A stretch of 27,300 bases of DNA. Source: a virus (taxonomy: Duplodnaviria; Caudoviricetes). The notes beneath the pieces are model-generated. The model did not search any database. It was not told the origin of the DNA and saw only the letters and a list, made by a program, of their open reading frames with translations. Where the stretch lies: positions 1 to 27,300 of the IMG/VR virus record IMGVR_UViG_3300005805_000378, one strand, 5' to 3'. Positions within the stretch are counted from its first letter, which is position 1, and the number at the start of each line of letters is the position of its first letter. Made by a program: the position numbers and the translations under genes. Shown one piece after another: positions 6,382 through 16,383 of the stretch.

Positions 6382-9300
6382 CTACTTGCGAATGTTCGCT
6401 TTGACCTTTGGTATATAGTTAATAGTTTCCTGCGGAACTCCTATCTTCGATGCGTATTTTACCATGTTCTTAAACGTGGGAGATACGTTCTTTTTACGAA
6501 GGTACGATACCGCTCTGTCTACGTTGCCTGGACCCCAGTTATAAGCAGCGAGTGCAAGGTCTGTGTCTTTGTACTTGTCTTTCATCTGTTTCAAGTACTG
6601 CATTCCACCACGCACATTCTCTTCAGGGTCATAAGGATTGATACGCAAGTGCGCCGCAGTTCCTGGCATAATCTGCATCAACCCAATCGCACCTACAGGA
6701 CTAATCTTTGTATGGTCTCCTGTGGATTCCGTCATAATTACAGCACGAGTGAGTGCGTCTACCTTCTTAAGCAACGCATCATACGGCTTGTTTGTGGCAA
6801 ACTGCTGCAGAAGTCCTCGCTGCTCGCTCTTGTTCATACGAAAGGCTGTTTTAAGAGCGTTAACGCGCTCCTGTGACCAGTTCTTTCCTACAGGTGGAGC
6901 AGGAGGTTCTTTGGTTTTCTTTTGCAACTGTGGCCGCAATACAGGCTTTCCAGACACGGATGCCTTACGCACGTTGCCTTGAGGCTGTGGTCCTCGCGCT
7001 CGCAACTTAGCTTGCGCTGCAGCTACCTTGTCACTTGAAGTCCTCTCGGCTGCCTGTGCGCTTGGAATTAACACCTGCGATATTTTATCAAGTGTCGACT
7101 GCTGCGGAGCTTCAGCCGCACCGATGATATCATCAAGTGACATAAGCTCAGGCTTGCGAGGCTCTTCTTTCTTTGGCTGTTGCTTGCCAACAACAATCTC
7201 TGTTGCAGGCGCAGCTCCTACAGCTCCTGCTGCAGTTACTGCTTTTGGAGAAAGTACGTCTGCGAGACGCGATCCTGTTTCAAGTTCTCTTGGCTTCTTC
7301 CCAGGCTCAACTAATCGCCTGTTCATAAATGTTTTCTTTGCTTGGCGCGGATCTCTAAGAGCAGCAACAAGCGTTTCGTTAAGGAGTTTTGACGACTGTG
7401 CTTCCTTAGCTATTTGCCTAACTTTGCCGACAAGCATTGCACCCATCGTTGCACCGCCAACCATGACGCCAACAGGACTTGATATAAGAGCTGCTGCAAG
7501 GCCACCAGTACCAATACTAGAGGCCATAAGACCTCCAGTAGCAATGCCAGCGCCTCGTGCTGCTTGACTGAATCCTTGACGAACCTTATCGCGGAAGAAT
7601 TGATTTAATGCTGCTTTAATCGCACCAGCCTCCTCACCAGAAGCTACAGTACCTGCAATAGTATCGAGCGCAAGATCCGCTATGCCAGCATTGTCAATGT
7701 ACTGTTGTATTCCGACTTTGTAATCAACCGCTTCCTTGGTCTCTTTGCGAGTCGTGAAAATTTCTTTTGCTTGTTCTAACGCCTGCTTTGCATTAAGAAG
7801 AGTTTTTCTATACTTAGTACCGATTGGACTGTTGTATATTGGATCTTGTATTTTGCGGTCAGTAAACAACGCAAGGTTATTATCAATCCAATCAATCTTT
7901 GCGTTAATGTCTTTGCCGAGCTTTTTAAACTCAGCAAACTTAGCTCCAAGCAAGTCACGCAAATTTTCAGCACTGTATCCTGTCTGCCGCATGAACTGCT
8001 CAAACGCAGCAACATTACTTGTAGCGTTTGCAATTACGTTCTCAGGCGAAACAACAGTACTGTCTGTAAGATTCTTTATGTATCCCTTGTGGTAGGTGTC
8101 CCACATATTCGACCAGAAATCGTTTGCGCGTTGATACTTCGACGCAATTCTTGGGTCGCTTATTATCTTTCTATGAAGCAATGCTGCAGACTCAGCCGCA
8201 AAAAGAGCTTCGTCTGTATTACCAGCCGCTTGCATTTTGCGCGATTCTTCAAGCAACGCGCTGCGAGCATTGATAAGTTGTCGCGCTGATATTGAACTTG
8301 CAGAAACATCCTTTCTTCCAGTTAAACTTGGAGTTCCAGACGTTACGCCTTGTTTCTTTATAAAATCTATTACTCGACCAATGCGAGAGCTTAAAGCTCC
8401 CTTCTCGTCTGGATACAAAACCTTTTGGAGGTCAGTAAGGTCTTGCTCAAGCGTGTCTTTCTTTAGGAGAATTTCATCAACAGACTCCCCTTTTTCAAGC
8501 ACCTTCTTGCCAGGAATCTTATCGTATAACTGATTACCAATAGCATGTGCGCGAGCAATACGATCTTTAATGTTCTGTTGAATTTGGTCGCCAACAACAG
8601 CACGTTTTGCAGGGTCTGGATCTGCTGCAATGTCGGAAAGTATTTTGTCAAAAATTGCTAACTGCTTTTTTTCTTGATCCAAAAACTGCCTAGGACCAGC
8701 AGTACCTGGCACGTTTTCTGTCAACTTGCGAACCGCCGACAATGCTTCGTTTTGAAGTAGCTCGTCAGTTGTTAATGTACTTGCAGCAGGATTTGTCGAA
8801 GCCTCTTGTTTTGCTATGGCTCGATTTATCTGATCTTCGGTTACTCCAAGCTCTTCAAATAATCGCGCAACCTCAGTGTCTGCTTCTTTTTGACTTAACG
8901 ACTCAAACGATTTTGTTATAGTTTTAATTGTTCGCGGAACGGCTTTTATCGTAGGTTCAATAGCCGCACCACCAACGCCAAGAGCAGCACCAAGAACTCC
9001 TCCAGTTGCGCCACCAACGCCTGCGCCTACAATGCGATTTGTAAGAGCTTGTTCAACTGTAGCATCAGGAGACGGCTCTGCCGCACCTGCGCCAAACAAT
9101 GCAGTCTGCGCTGCGCCAACAGTAGCAAGGTCTCTAAGTCTAGTGCCAATGCCTACTTTCTCTAAGGGACCAAGAGCACCAGCAGTTTTGAGAGCTGCAT
9201 TCCGTGCCGCAGCAAGTTCTGCACTTGTTGTTCCTAGTAATACTTTTTCTGCAACAGTCGGAGCAGTTCGTCCAGTGCGAGCAACTTGACCAGCGTAACC

Positions 9301-9795
9301 AACACCTCCAGAAAGAAGTGCGGGAATTAACGAGCCTCCTATCTCTCCAACGAGCTGTGCGCTCGGAACAGTGCCTGCCATGCGACGCTGTTCAGCAAGT
9401 AACTGTCCATACGTTTGCTCAGAGAATGGCGCAAGTGCTGCAGCCGTAAGCTCGTTTCCAAAGCCAAATGTAGAACCTTCACTTATTCCACCAAGCAAAG
9501 AGCCAAGCGCCTCTTGATTGCGGATTTGCTGCTGACGCAAGCGTATATCAGCCTGAGACCCAGGAACGTATGCTGGAGCAGCTCGTCGCGCTAATATGTC
9601 TGCTTCAATACGTCGCTTTTCAGACTCAGGCAGCAAGAACGGATTTACAGGCGTAGATACTGGAGTCTCATCAATAGGCGTCATCATCTGCGGAGACAAG
9701 GCGCTCGTCAGTCTAGACGACAACAACGTGCCAGTATTGTATGCACTGTCAGTTGAGTCTGCCGCTATAATGTCGTCTAGTGACGTAAAAGCCAT
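6382..9795 (-). CDS. Large internal virion (ejection) protein with C-terminal lytic transglycosylase (SLT) domain
   Basis: C-terminal 'AVIMTES...SPVGAIGLMQIMPGTA...DPEENVRGG..YL...LALAAYNWGPGNV...ET.NY' motifs; Gly/Ala-rich hydrophobic segments; 'G.TFGFG.E' ejection-protein-like motif; located after the nozzle gene. Confidence 0.88.
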   Translation of the reverse strand: MAFTSLDDIIAADSTDSAYNTGTLLSSRLTSALSPQMMTPIDETPVSTPVNPFLLPESEKRRIEADILARRAAPAYVPGSQADIRLRQQQIRNQEALGSLLGGISEGSTFGFGNELTAAALAPFSEQTYGQLLAEQRRMAGTVPSAQLVGEIGGSLIPALLSGGVGYAGQVARTGRTAPTVAEKVLLGTTSAELAAARNAALKTAGALGPLEKVGIGTRLRDLATVGAAQTALFGAGAAEPSPDATVEQALTNRIVGAGVGGATGGVLGAALGVGGAAIEPTIKAVPRTIKTITKSFESLSQKEADTEVARLFEELGVTEDQINRAIAKQEASTNPAASTLTTDELLQNEALSAVRKLTENVPGTAGPRQFLDQEKKQLAIFDKILSDIAADPDPAKRAVVGDQIQQNIKDRIARAHAIGNQLYDKIPGKKVLEKGESVDEILLKKDTLEQDLTDLQKVLYPDEKGALSSRIGRVIDFIKKQGVTSGTPSLTGRKDVSASSISARQLINARSALLEESRKMQAAGNTDEALFAAESAALLHRKIISDPRIASKYQRANDFWSNMWDTYHKGYIKNLTDSTVVSPENVIANATSNVAAFEQFMRQTGYSAENLRDLLGAKFAEFKKLGKDINAKIDWIDNNLALFTDRKIQDPIYNSPIGTKYRKTLLNAKQALEQAKEIFTTRKETKEAVDYKVGIQQYIDNAGIADLALDTIAGTVASGEEAGAIKAALNQFFRDKVRQGFSQAARGAGIATGGLMASSIGTGGLAAALISSPVGVMVGGATMGAMLVGKVRQIAKEAQSSKLLNETLVAALRDPRQAKKTFMNRRLVEPGKKPRELETGSRLADVLSPKAVTAAGAVGAAPATEIVVGKQQPKKEEPRKPELMSLDDIIGAAEAPQQSTLDKISQVLIPSAQAAERTSSDKVAAAQAKLRARGPQPQGNVRKASVSGKPVLRPQLQKKTKEPPAPPVGKNWSQERVNALKTAFRMNKSEQRGLLQQFATNKPYDALLKKVDALTRAVIMTESTGDHTKISPVGAIGLMQIMPGTAAHLRINPYDPEENVRGGMQYLKQMKDKYKDTDLALAAYNWGPGNVDRAVSYLRKKNVSPTFKNMVKYASKIGVPQETINYIPKVKANIRK

Positions 9796-9796
9796 A

Positions 9797-11230
9797 TTAT
9801 AATCCTAACGCAGCCTTTCGTTGTTTTAACTGTGCAGCTCTCTGCTTAATATCTGCAGGAAGCGCAGCGCCTTGCTGTTGAAGTCTATTAGCTTCTTCCA
9901 CAAGAGCAGCTTCTTCCATTGCCACAGCTTCAGCAGTATCTGCAGTAGGAGCTGCCATAGGAGTTGCTGTAGGTGCAGGCGCAGCCTCTCCGGTAGGAGA
10001 CAACTGATTCATAAGCGAACTGAAGTCTGCTGTTCCTACGTTAGGACGCTCAACATTAACCTTACGCGCTGACCGAGGAATGAGCGGCTGCTGAGTGCGA
10101 ATCATCAAATCAAGGTCGGCGTTAATTTCTTGCGGAGACCTTGATGCGTTTGCAGTAATAATCCTAGACTTCTCCAGCATTTTGTTTGCAATATCTCTGA
10201 TATTACGCGCAAAGGTTTCTGGACCAGTTGTAAAATCGTTACCAAAAATTGCCTCCAAAGTCGCCAACTCATTGCCAGTAAGAGATGCGCCATACCGAGC
10301 ATTACCAATAATACTCTTAATGTTTGCAAATGGTGACTTGATAGACTGTGCAAGAACGTCAAAGTTTTTATTTGCTTTGAACTCCGCAGGAGACATCTGA
10401 TCAACTCTGTTTGCAATTTGAAATATCATATTCGATATCGACATTGCATTGTTGACTTCATTGCTTTCGGCTTTGCCAAGACCAGCAGTATCAAGCGATG
10501 CCTTAAACTCATCCTCCGCAATTTTACGCTCAGACTGCTTCTTATTGATCTCTTCCTGTATCTGTCCTCGCGTAAGAGCAATGGCTTTTTGACGACGCAA
10601 ATCTGGGTCTGTCTCAGTATCAAGCAGTTGATTTTCGTATTGGTCTTGTAACTGATTAAATCTCAGCTTCTCGTCTGTGCCAAATGCTTTCAAACGCTCC
10701 TGCAAGTCAGCCTCAAAGGCTTTGGTTTGACGACGTTGCTCTGCTGTTGCAGCAGCCTTAGCTGCATACGCACCAGTCTGAGCCTGAAGATATTGCTGAC
10801 CAGCCTCGCTACCAAGAGCGCCATACAACGCCTCTTGTCTTTGTCCAGCCTCAAGAGCGCCAAGACGAATTGCTTCTTCGCGACCCTGTAACGCAGACTG
10901 CAAGCCAAGCAATCGTGGTTGTATGTAGCTATCGTCAACACCTTCAACAAGTGCCAAACGCTCTTCGGGTGTCTTCATACGCAGCATTTGGGAGCCAAGT
11001 CGTCCAGCAAGAAGAGACTGCTCAGTTGCTTGCTTACGCGCTTGGTAACCAAGCAGCGAAGACATAAGCGCACCACCAAGAACAACGCCAAGGTTTCGTC
11101 CTACGCTACCACTAGGATTAACAAGCTGTGGCAAGGACTGTGAGAGCGCAACCGCACCTAGACCGTATCCTGTGTCTGTTGCAGGAACATTTAGGTTTTG
11201 TAGTGCTGTGTATAAGTCCTCGCCAGCCAT
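9797..11230 (-). CDS. Putative internal virion / DNA ejection protein
   Basis: 477 aa, helical/coiled-coil and Ala/Gln-rich with no Cys; sits between the nozzle and the SLT protein. Confidence 0.65.
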   Translation of the reverse strand: MAGEDLYTALQNLNVPATDTGYGLGAVALSQSLPQLVNPSGSVGRNLGVVLGGALMSSLLGYQARKQATEQSLLAGRLGSQMLRMKTPEERLALVEGVDDSYIQPRLLGLQSALQGREEAIRLGALEAGQRQEALYGALGSEAGQQYLQAQTGAYAAKAAATAEQRRQTKAFEADLQERLKAFGTDEKLRFNQLQDQYENQLLDTETDPDLRRQKAIALTRGQIQEEINKKQSERKIAEDEFKASLDTAGLGKAESNEVNNAMSISNMIFQIANRVDQMSPAEFKANKNFDVLAQSIKSPFANIKSIIGNARYGASLTGNELATLEAIFGNDFTTGPETFARNIRDIANKMLEKSRIITANASRSPQEINADLDLMIRTQQPLIPRSARKVNVERPNVGTADFSSLMNQLSPTGEAAPAPTATPMAAPTADTAEAVAMEEAALVEEANRLQQQGAALPADIKQRAAQLKQRKAALGL

Positions 11231-11240
11231 GATAGCTTCC

Positions 11241-12200
11241 TTATTTGTTGTATTGTTGGTTCAAGTAGTTCTGAAATGCACTGGTAAACCCAGCAGCGCC
11301 GCCTTGAATTGCGGAATTCGCATAGTTTGTTCCACTTCCTTGCGGCGCATATCTATTGGCAAGATCGTTAAGAATGTACTGACCAATGTAATCAGTGCCT
11401 CCTCCACCGCCGCCGCCACCGCCACGAGGGGTAGCCTTAATTTGTTGCAGCTTGTACTTGTTCTCAAGAGCAGCAAGTTCCTTGTTGAACGCTTGTTGTT
11501 GAGCCGCAAGATCCATGGCAGCGCGAGTTCCATATTGCGCCATGTACGGTGCCATATATTGTCCAGCAATTTGACCAGGAAGTAATGATGTGCCAGTTGC
11601 TTGCTCAAACCCTTGTTGCTGAACAGCATACGCCTGTTGCGTTGCCGCGTTCTGAGCTTCTTGACGAGCTATGTCCTGCCTATCAGCAAGTTGCTTGGCA
11701 AGAGTCTTATAGGCTTCAGAGTTAGGATCTAATCCACGCTCTGCCATAGACTGCTGAAAGTCTTGGTTCTGTCTTGCAAACTCTGCTTCGTTACGTCGCT
11801 GAAACTGCTCATATACAGCGTTGTATGCACGGTTCATCTGCTCGCCAAACTGAGGTTCGTACTGTTGCTGGAAAGTGGCAGGATTAAACTGCGAGGCATA
11901 CCCACCCATCTGTTGAAATAGATCAGACCCTACGTTTCCTACTGCAGCATCTTCAGCGCGAACGTCAGCGCCTACTTGTGGTGCTTGATTACCTGGACCT
12001 TTTGGCACCCATTGCTGCCAATTAAGACCATACTTGCTGCCAAGAGTCTCAAGGCGCTTTGAAGCGTTTTGAAACTCAGGAGAGCCAAAAGCGTACTTCT
12101 TTATGTTCTCTTGAGCAGCCTTGTACTTCTCCATGTCTCGTGGGTCACGAGGAGGACTCTTCTGTCCAGCTTTAGGATTCTTTGCTAATGCGCCAGCCAT
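11241..12200 (-). CDS. Putative internal virion / DNA pilot protein
   Basis: Gln/Ala-rich with an 'ERGLDPNSEAY' motif and a poly-Gly linker; first gene after the nozzle. Confidence 0.65.
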   Translation of the reverse strand: MAGALAKNPKAGQKSPPRDPRDMEKYKAAQENIKKYAFGSPEFQNASKRLETLGSKYGLNWQQWVPKGPGNQAPQVGADVRAEDAAVGNVGSDLFQQMGGYASQFNPATFQQQYEPQFGEQMNRAYNAVYEQFQRRNEAEFARQNQDFQQSMAERGLDPNSEAYKTLAKQLADRQDIARQEAQNAATQQAYAVQQQGFEQATGTSLLPGQIAGQYMAPYMAQYGTRAAMDLAAQQQAFNKELAALENKYKLQQIKATPRGGGGGGGGGTDYIGQYILNDLANRYAPQGSGTNYANSAIQGGAAGFTSAFQNYLNQQYNK

Positions 12201-12202
12201 AA

Positions 12203-13807
12203 CTATACTTGACCTCCTATATCAAAACGTACCTCAAAGCCGTAAAATTGGCAGGATGTATTCTTTACTGCTCCACCAACTTTTATTGATGCACAGTGGC
12301 CTTGTCCTTTAACTGCGTATCTATCAAACACATACTCAACTCCTGACGACCAAGGAGTAAACACAACCGGCAAAGGTAACCCTGTTACAGTGCTAATTGT
12401 CCCTGCGCCAATTCCCCAAGCGCTTCCCCATGGCGTAAAGTAGCCAGGAGAAAGCGTTGTTGTTGAGACGGTTTGAGTCTGCTTAAAGTCTGTGTCCAAT
12501 CCAACATTAAACGTAATGCCACGCTTAATCTTAAGTAGCGGCCTGATATCCTTATACGCCTTGTAGTTTCCGCGACTGTCATAAAAGCTAAACGGTCCAC
12601 GAATAGTGAACGAAGTGCTCTGACCAGTACCGCCAGACAACAACACAGCGTCAGCTTGTCCCGTCTCTCCCTTCCAGATATTGCCTACGTTAGAGCCATA
12701 GTAAGGAAGATTGTTGAACACACAAGACGATACGGCGTCCGTGTTTGTAGCCATATCAAATTTTGTCCAGCCTTTCGTATCAATGCTGTAGACAAGGAAG
12801 AATGACGTAGTGGAAGAGCTTGGTACGTTAATGTACACCCTGCGGCCAGCAGGCCAAAAGAAACCTGTCCACTTGTGACTAAACGATATTTGCGTTGAGT
12901 ACTCAGTGATAAGTGGGTTGATTTTCTGGCTAACTACATTAAGCGCCTGCTCTGGGTCTTGTTGGAATAGCGCCGAGACAGGGACGATTCCTTGCTGCGT
13001 AATAATCCAGATGTCGTTGTTAACGCGAATGAAAGCTCGATAACCGAGAGGACGACCAATAAAGTAACGAGCAACCAGACCCCAAGTGTTAGCATCTCCA
13101 GCATAGCTACCCGTATAGAAAACAATCTCTCCCTCGCTGCTTACAGCCATGAACAATGACTGAGAGCTTTGAGAGAATTGGTTTGTAAAACTGCTGGTAA
13201 ACAGGAGTCTGCCACCTCGCGTGAAAACGTACTGAAAGTCAAAGCTAGTAAGAGCAGGAGTTCCACCAGTACCAGTTACCTGCACACCTCCGTACCATAC
13301 TTTTGATGTGTTCTTTTCTACGAAGTAAAGACGTTCCTTGTAAGCATTTACATTTATAAGGTTGGAAAGAGTTACGCCAGTAAAGGTTACATTTGTCGCG
13401 GCAACGCCATTGCCTGTGTATACTTTTGCGTTATCAACGCCATTACAAAGGTACATGTTGTTTGCAAAGACAATGCTTTGAAACTCTCCGTTCGTATGCG
13501 CTGGTGTGCTTGTAACATCTGTTACAACAGCAGAAGTACTTATTGAATAGAGTTTGTTAGACGTTGCAACAACTAGCTCAGAGTTCCCATCTGCTCTGTG
13601 AAGCGTCTCAGTAAACGCAATAGGTGTAGTGCCTGCAAGACTTGTTGGCGCAACAAACTCTGTGTAGCCATTGCGTACCGTAGGAGAGCCAGCGCCAGGG
13701 AACACGTTTACCAATTCCAACGCATAGGTTGGCTCCATGTTATCAATGGCGCTCACTAGGTCGAGACCATTGTACGGAGGTGGCATTGTGTAACCTTGAA
13801 ACGCCAT
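12203..13807 (-). CDS. Tail nozzle / packaged-DNA stabilization protein (P22 gp10 / T7 gp12 analogue)
   Basis: Beta-propeller-like composition; 'PPPY.GL......NM....A..L.N.FP....VRNG' N-terminus and 'YKERLYF' motif; synteny. Confidence 0.78.
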   Translation of the reverse strand: MAFQGYTMPPPYNGLDLVSAIDNMEPTYALELVNVFPGAGSPTVRNGYTEFVAPTSLAGTTPIAFTETLHRADGNSELVVATSNKLYSISTSAVVTDVTSTPAHTNGEFQSIVFANNMYLCNGVDNAKVYTGNGVAATNVTFTGVTLSNLINVNAYKERLYFVEKNTSKVWYGGVQVTGTGGTPALTSFDFQYVFTRGGRLLFTSSFTNQFSQSSQSLFMAVSSEGEIVFYTGSYAGDANTWGLVARYFIGRPLGYRAFIRVNNDIWIITQQGIVPVSALFQQDPEQALNVVSQKINPLITEYSTQISFSHKWTGFFWPAGRRVYINVPSSSTTSFFLVYSIDTKGWTKFDMATNTDAVSSCVFNNLPYYGSNVGNIWKGETGQADAVLLSGGTGQSTSFTIRGPFSFYDSRGNYKAYKDIRPLLKIKRGITFNVGLDTDFKQTQTVSTTTLSPGYFTPWGSAWGIGAGTISTVTGLPLPVVFTPWSSGVEYVFDRYAVKGQGHCASIKVGGAVKNTSCQFYGFEVRFDIGGQV

Positions 13808-13809
13808 TG

Positions 13810-14331
13810 TTACCTTCTATACATTTCCAAAAGACGCGCAATATCCATATCAGATGTTTGCGGTTGTGGTTGTCTTCTTGCAGCAACCATGGCCTGCAGC
13901 TCTGGTCCACTCATGCGCGATACCTGGCTAAGAGACAAAGGTTGCTGTTGCTGCATTGCCATCCCTGGATACGCTATTGCTGGATTGGCAGGATTATAAT
14001 TTGGCATCATTGAAGAAAACCCGCCTGGCGCAGGAGGCCGCCTTGCTGGTTGATTAGCAGCATTCTCGATCAGAGCTTGGTAGTTAGGTGGAGGAGCTTG
14101 CGTCATGCTCTCAGTTAATCGCTGACCAATTCCTTGTCCTTGTCGAGGCAACACTCTTCCGCGACCAGTCATTAACTCGCCGCCAGGAGTGCGATACACG
14201 CCAGGACTAAGACGCTCAGATCCGCGAGGAGGTGCAATGTATCTACCTTTGTTTTCATCAAAGTTGGGAGACCCTCCTGCGTATACTCGTCCTCCGGTTT
14301 TAGGAGCTTTCGACATTGCACCTTTAGCCAT
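13810..14331 (-). CDS. Hypothetical low-complexity basic protein (probable virion protein)
   Basis: Pro/Gln/Gly/Arg-rich; tightly packed in the structural operon. Confidence 0.65.
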   Translation of the reverse strand: MAKGAMSKAPKTGGRVYAGGSPNFDENKGRYIAPPRGSERLSPGVYRTPGGELMTGRGRVLPRQGQGIGQRLTESMTQAPPPNYQALIENAANQPARRPPAPGGFSSMMPNYNPANPAIAYPGMAMQQQQPLSLSQVSRMSGPELQAMVAARRQPQPQTSDMDIARLLEMYRR

Positions 14332-14332
14332 A

Positions 14333-15526
14333 TTACTTACCCTTGCTTGCTTTATAGTTTGCTCGTAACGACTCTTTTACAGTTTTTGCCGGACCTACAT
14401 GACCTTTATCGTTCATGTACATTCCTGGTGAAACGCGAACCACCTCACCCTTTGCAGGTCGTTGCATAGGAGCAGTTGGTGTTGGCACTTGAGCACCAGC
14501 CTGCTTTGCAAAGGTTGACTGACCAAGCATAGCTCTGATGTTGTTTTGCACGTCCTGCTCAGACTTTGCGTTTGAGGTCACAGCGTTTACAAGCATTCCA
14601 GTATACTGCTCTGGCTTAACCTGCTTTGGAGCTTCTGCGTAAATGTTGCGGATTATGGGATCAATCTGATCGGTAGCGTACTTTGCCAATGGATTGCTGA
14701 AGTCAACATCCCACGCCTGTCGGCTAGTTTTGCCGTCAATGTTCTCGCCTACGTTTTTGTAGCGAGTCTTGCCATCAAGTCCGATGTTAAACTTTGAGCC
14801 ATCGGCAAGCGTTACATGATAATTCTTATCGGCAACGCCAGTTTCTTTAAGGATGCCTCGGAAATCATCGCGCATAAGTTGTGCGTCTGACTTGCCGGTG
14901 GTCATCATCTTGCCAACAGACCGTTTGCCAAAAAGCCTTAACCCGATGTTGATTGGCGCTGTATATGGATTCATATTAACAGCTTGATTTGTCCAATCAG
15001 CTCGGTCGCCACGACCTCTAACAATATCCTTCATGCCACTTTCCCAGATATTGTTAATGCCGATTGCAGTAGCCGCTACAGGCAGAGCAACCGATCCTAC
15101 AGAACCAAGTGTACTTGTTCCTGCCGTTGTTGCAGCTGTTCCACCTACAGGCGTTGCGCTAATTAAGGTTGGGGTTGCTACTGTTCCTGCAGTTCCCGCA
15201 GTAGTGCCAGCAGTTGTTGCGCCAGCTCCAGCACCTGCTCCAGAGCTAAAAAGTCCTGCTACATTCGGAAATCCACTCAAAGCCTCGTTTGTAACAACAA
15301 GACCACCTACAGCACCTCCAACCTGTGCGAGCTGCGCATTTGACTGTTGCGACTCTTGTTCTCTCTGTCGTTGCTCTGGCGTCTTGCCAGGACCGAAACG
15401 TGCGGCAACTGCCTCTTGAATTTGCAGAGGATTGAGACCACGAGTTCTAAGCCATGCAATGTACGCAAGTGGATCTTGGTATGTAATCTGAGGGTCTTGT
15501 TGTTGTTGAGGATAGTTCTGTGCCAT
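14333..15526 (-). CDS. Hypothetical virion protein, ejection-protein-like
   Basis: ATG at 15526 overlaps the upstream stop (TAATG); long Gly/Ala/Thr tract followed by a globular C-terminal half. Confidence 0.7.
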   Translation of the reverse strand: MAQNYPQQQQDPQITYQDPLAYIAWLRTRGLNPLQIQEAVAARFGPGKTPEQRQREQESQQSNAQLAQVGGAVGGLVVTNEALSGFPNVAGLFSSGAGAGAGATTAGTTAGTAGTVATPTLISATPVGGTAATTAGTSTLGSVGSVALPVAATAIGINNIWESGMKDIVRGRGDRADWTNQAVNMNPYTAPINIGLRLFGKRSVGKMMTTGKSDAQLMRDDFRGILKETGVADKNYHVTLADGSKFNIGLDGKTRYKNVGENIDGKTSRQAWDVDFSNPLAKYATDQIDPIIRNIYAEAPKQVKPEQYTGMLVNAVTSNAKSEQDVQNNIRAMLGQSTFAKQAGAQVPTPTAPMQRPAKGEVVRVSPGMYMNDKGHVGPAKTVKESLRANYKASKGK

Positions 15527-16383
15527 TAGATCCACGTTCCAAATACAGCAGTTCCACTACGAGCGAACAACTCAGCGCGAGTATGACCACCAGCATAGTA
15601 AATCTTACCAGGGTTCTCTCGGCTAAATTCTTCGTCTACTTGTTGTTTAAATTGAGGCACTACGCCAGTAAGGCCGTGTATCTGAGCAAAACGCTCAATA
15701 ACACCTTGCTCAACTAACTTCTCGTTAAAGATGCTAACATCGGTGTCGGCAAGGAATTGGTCATAAGCACCGCTATAATACGTCCACGTTACGCCACCAT
15801 CAGATACAGAACCACTTGTATGCGTCGGTGCCGTTGAGCCAGTAGTGCCACCAGCAGTAGTTTGATAGTAGTTGCCGTTATAGAAGCAGTAAGCATTTGC
15901 AGCAAAGGCTGTACTTGCTGTCCATGTCTTAGGACGCACACACCTATCGGCAATGTACTCAAAAACAATTATGTCGCCACTTGCTGACGGTGTTGGACTA
16001 ATAAGCAACTGACTATTACTGAGTCCTCTAATTTGGAATCGCTGGTAGATGGTAGTGTTAAGACCAAAGCCTCGGATCTCTCCGTACTCCTGCTCGGTCA
16101 TTGGACCAAGGATTCTCCAGCGTGTGCTGCTATTCCAGAATGTCTCGTACTGATACCAGGAAAACGCAGCAGGAAGGTCATAGGTTGCTTGTCCGTTAAC
16201 AAGCGTAATAGACCCAGCAGCATAACATTTCGGCCACGGATACGACTCAAAAATGTCCTTGTTTATGCGCTGGGTCATCGCCAGCAACTGTTTCGTTGTG
16301 GTCTCTGATGAGCCAATAACAGTCGACTCTACGGTATACCCGCACTCAGCCGCCACATTTGAAACAATCGTTGCTAAACTCAT
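15526..16383 (-). CDS. Head-tail adaptor (tail tubular protein A-like) with an inserted CBM-like module
   Basis: Helical N-terminus and 'W...G.ITL..GQ..YDLP..F', 'ISPTP' adaptor motifs; internal 'WTASTAF...YNGNYY....GTTGSTAPTHTSGSVSDGGVTWTY' module. Confidence 0.75.
   Translation of the reverse strand: MSLATIVSNVAAECGYTVESTVIGSSETTTKQLLAMTQRINKDIFESYPWPKCYAAGSITLVNGQATYDLPAAFSWYQYETFWNSSTRWRILGPMTEQEYGEIRGFGLNTTIYQRFQIRGLSNSQLLISPTPSASGDIIVFEYIADRCVRPKTWTASTAFAANAYCFYNGNYYQTTAGGTTGSTAPTHTSGSVSDGGVTWTYYSGAYDQFLADTDVSIFNEKLVEQGVIERFAQIHGLTGVVPQFKQQVDEEFSRENPGKIYYAGGHTRAELFARSGTAVFGTWI

Noticed and set aside
7123-7143. MSLDDII matches the eukaryotic ALYREF UAP56-binding motif
   Set aside because: A short-motif coincidence; everything else indicates a bacteriophage.
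6382-9795. 1137-aa protein as a tape measure protein
   Set aside because: No tail tube, sheath or tail assembly chaperone genes precede it; the portal, adaptor and nozzle context indicates a podovirus ejection protein.
11398-11430. GGC/GGT/GGA run encoding poly-Gly
   Set aside because: It is a mixed-codon flexible linker, not a phase-variable microsatellite.
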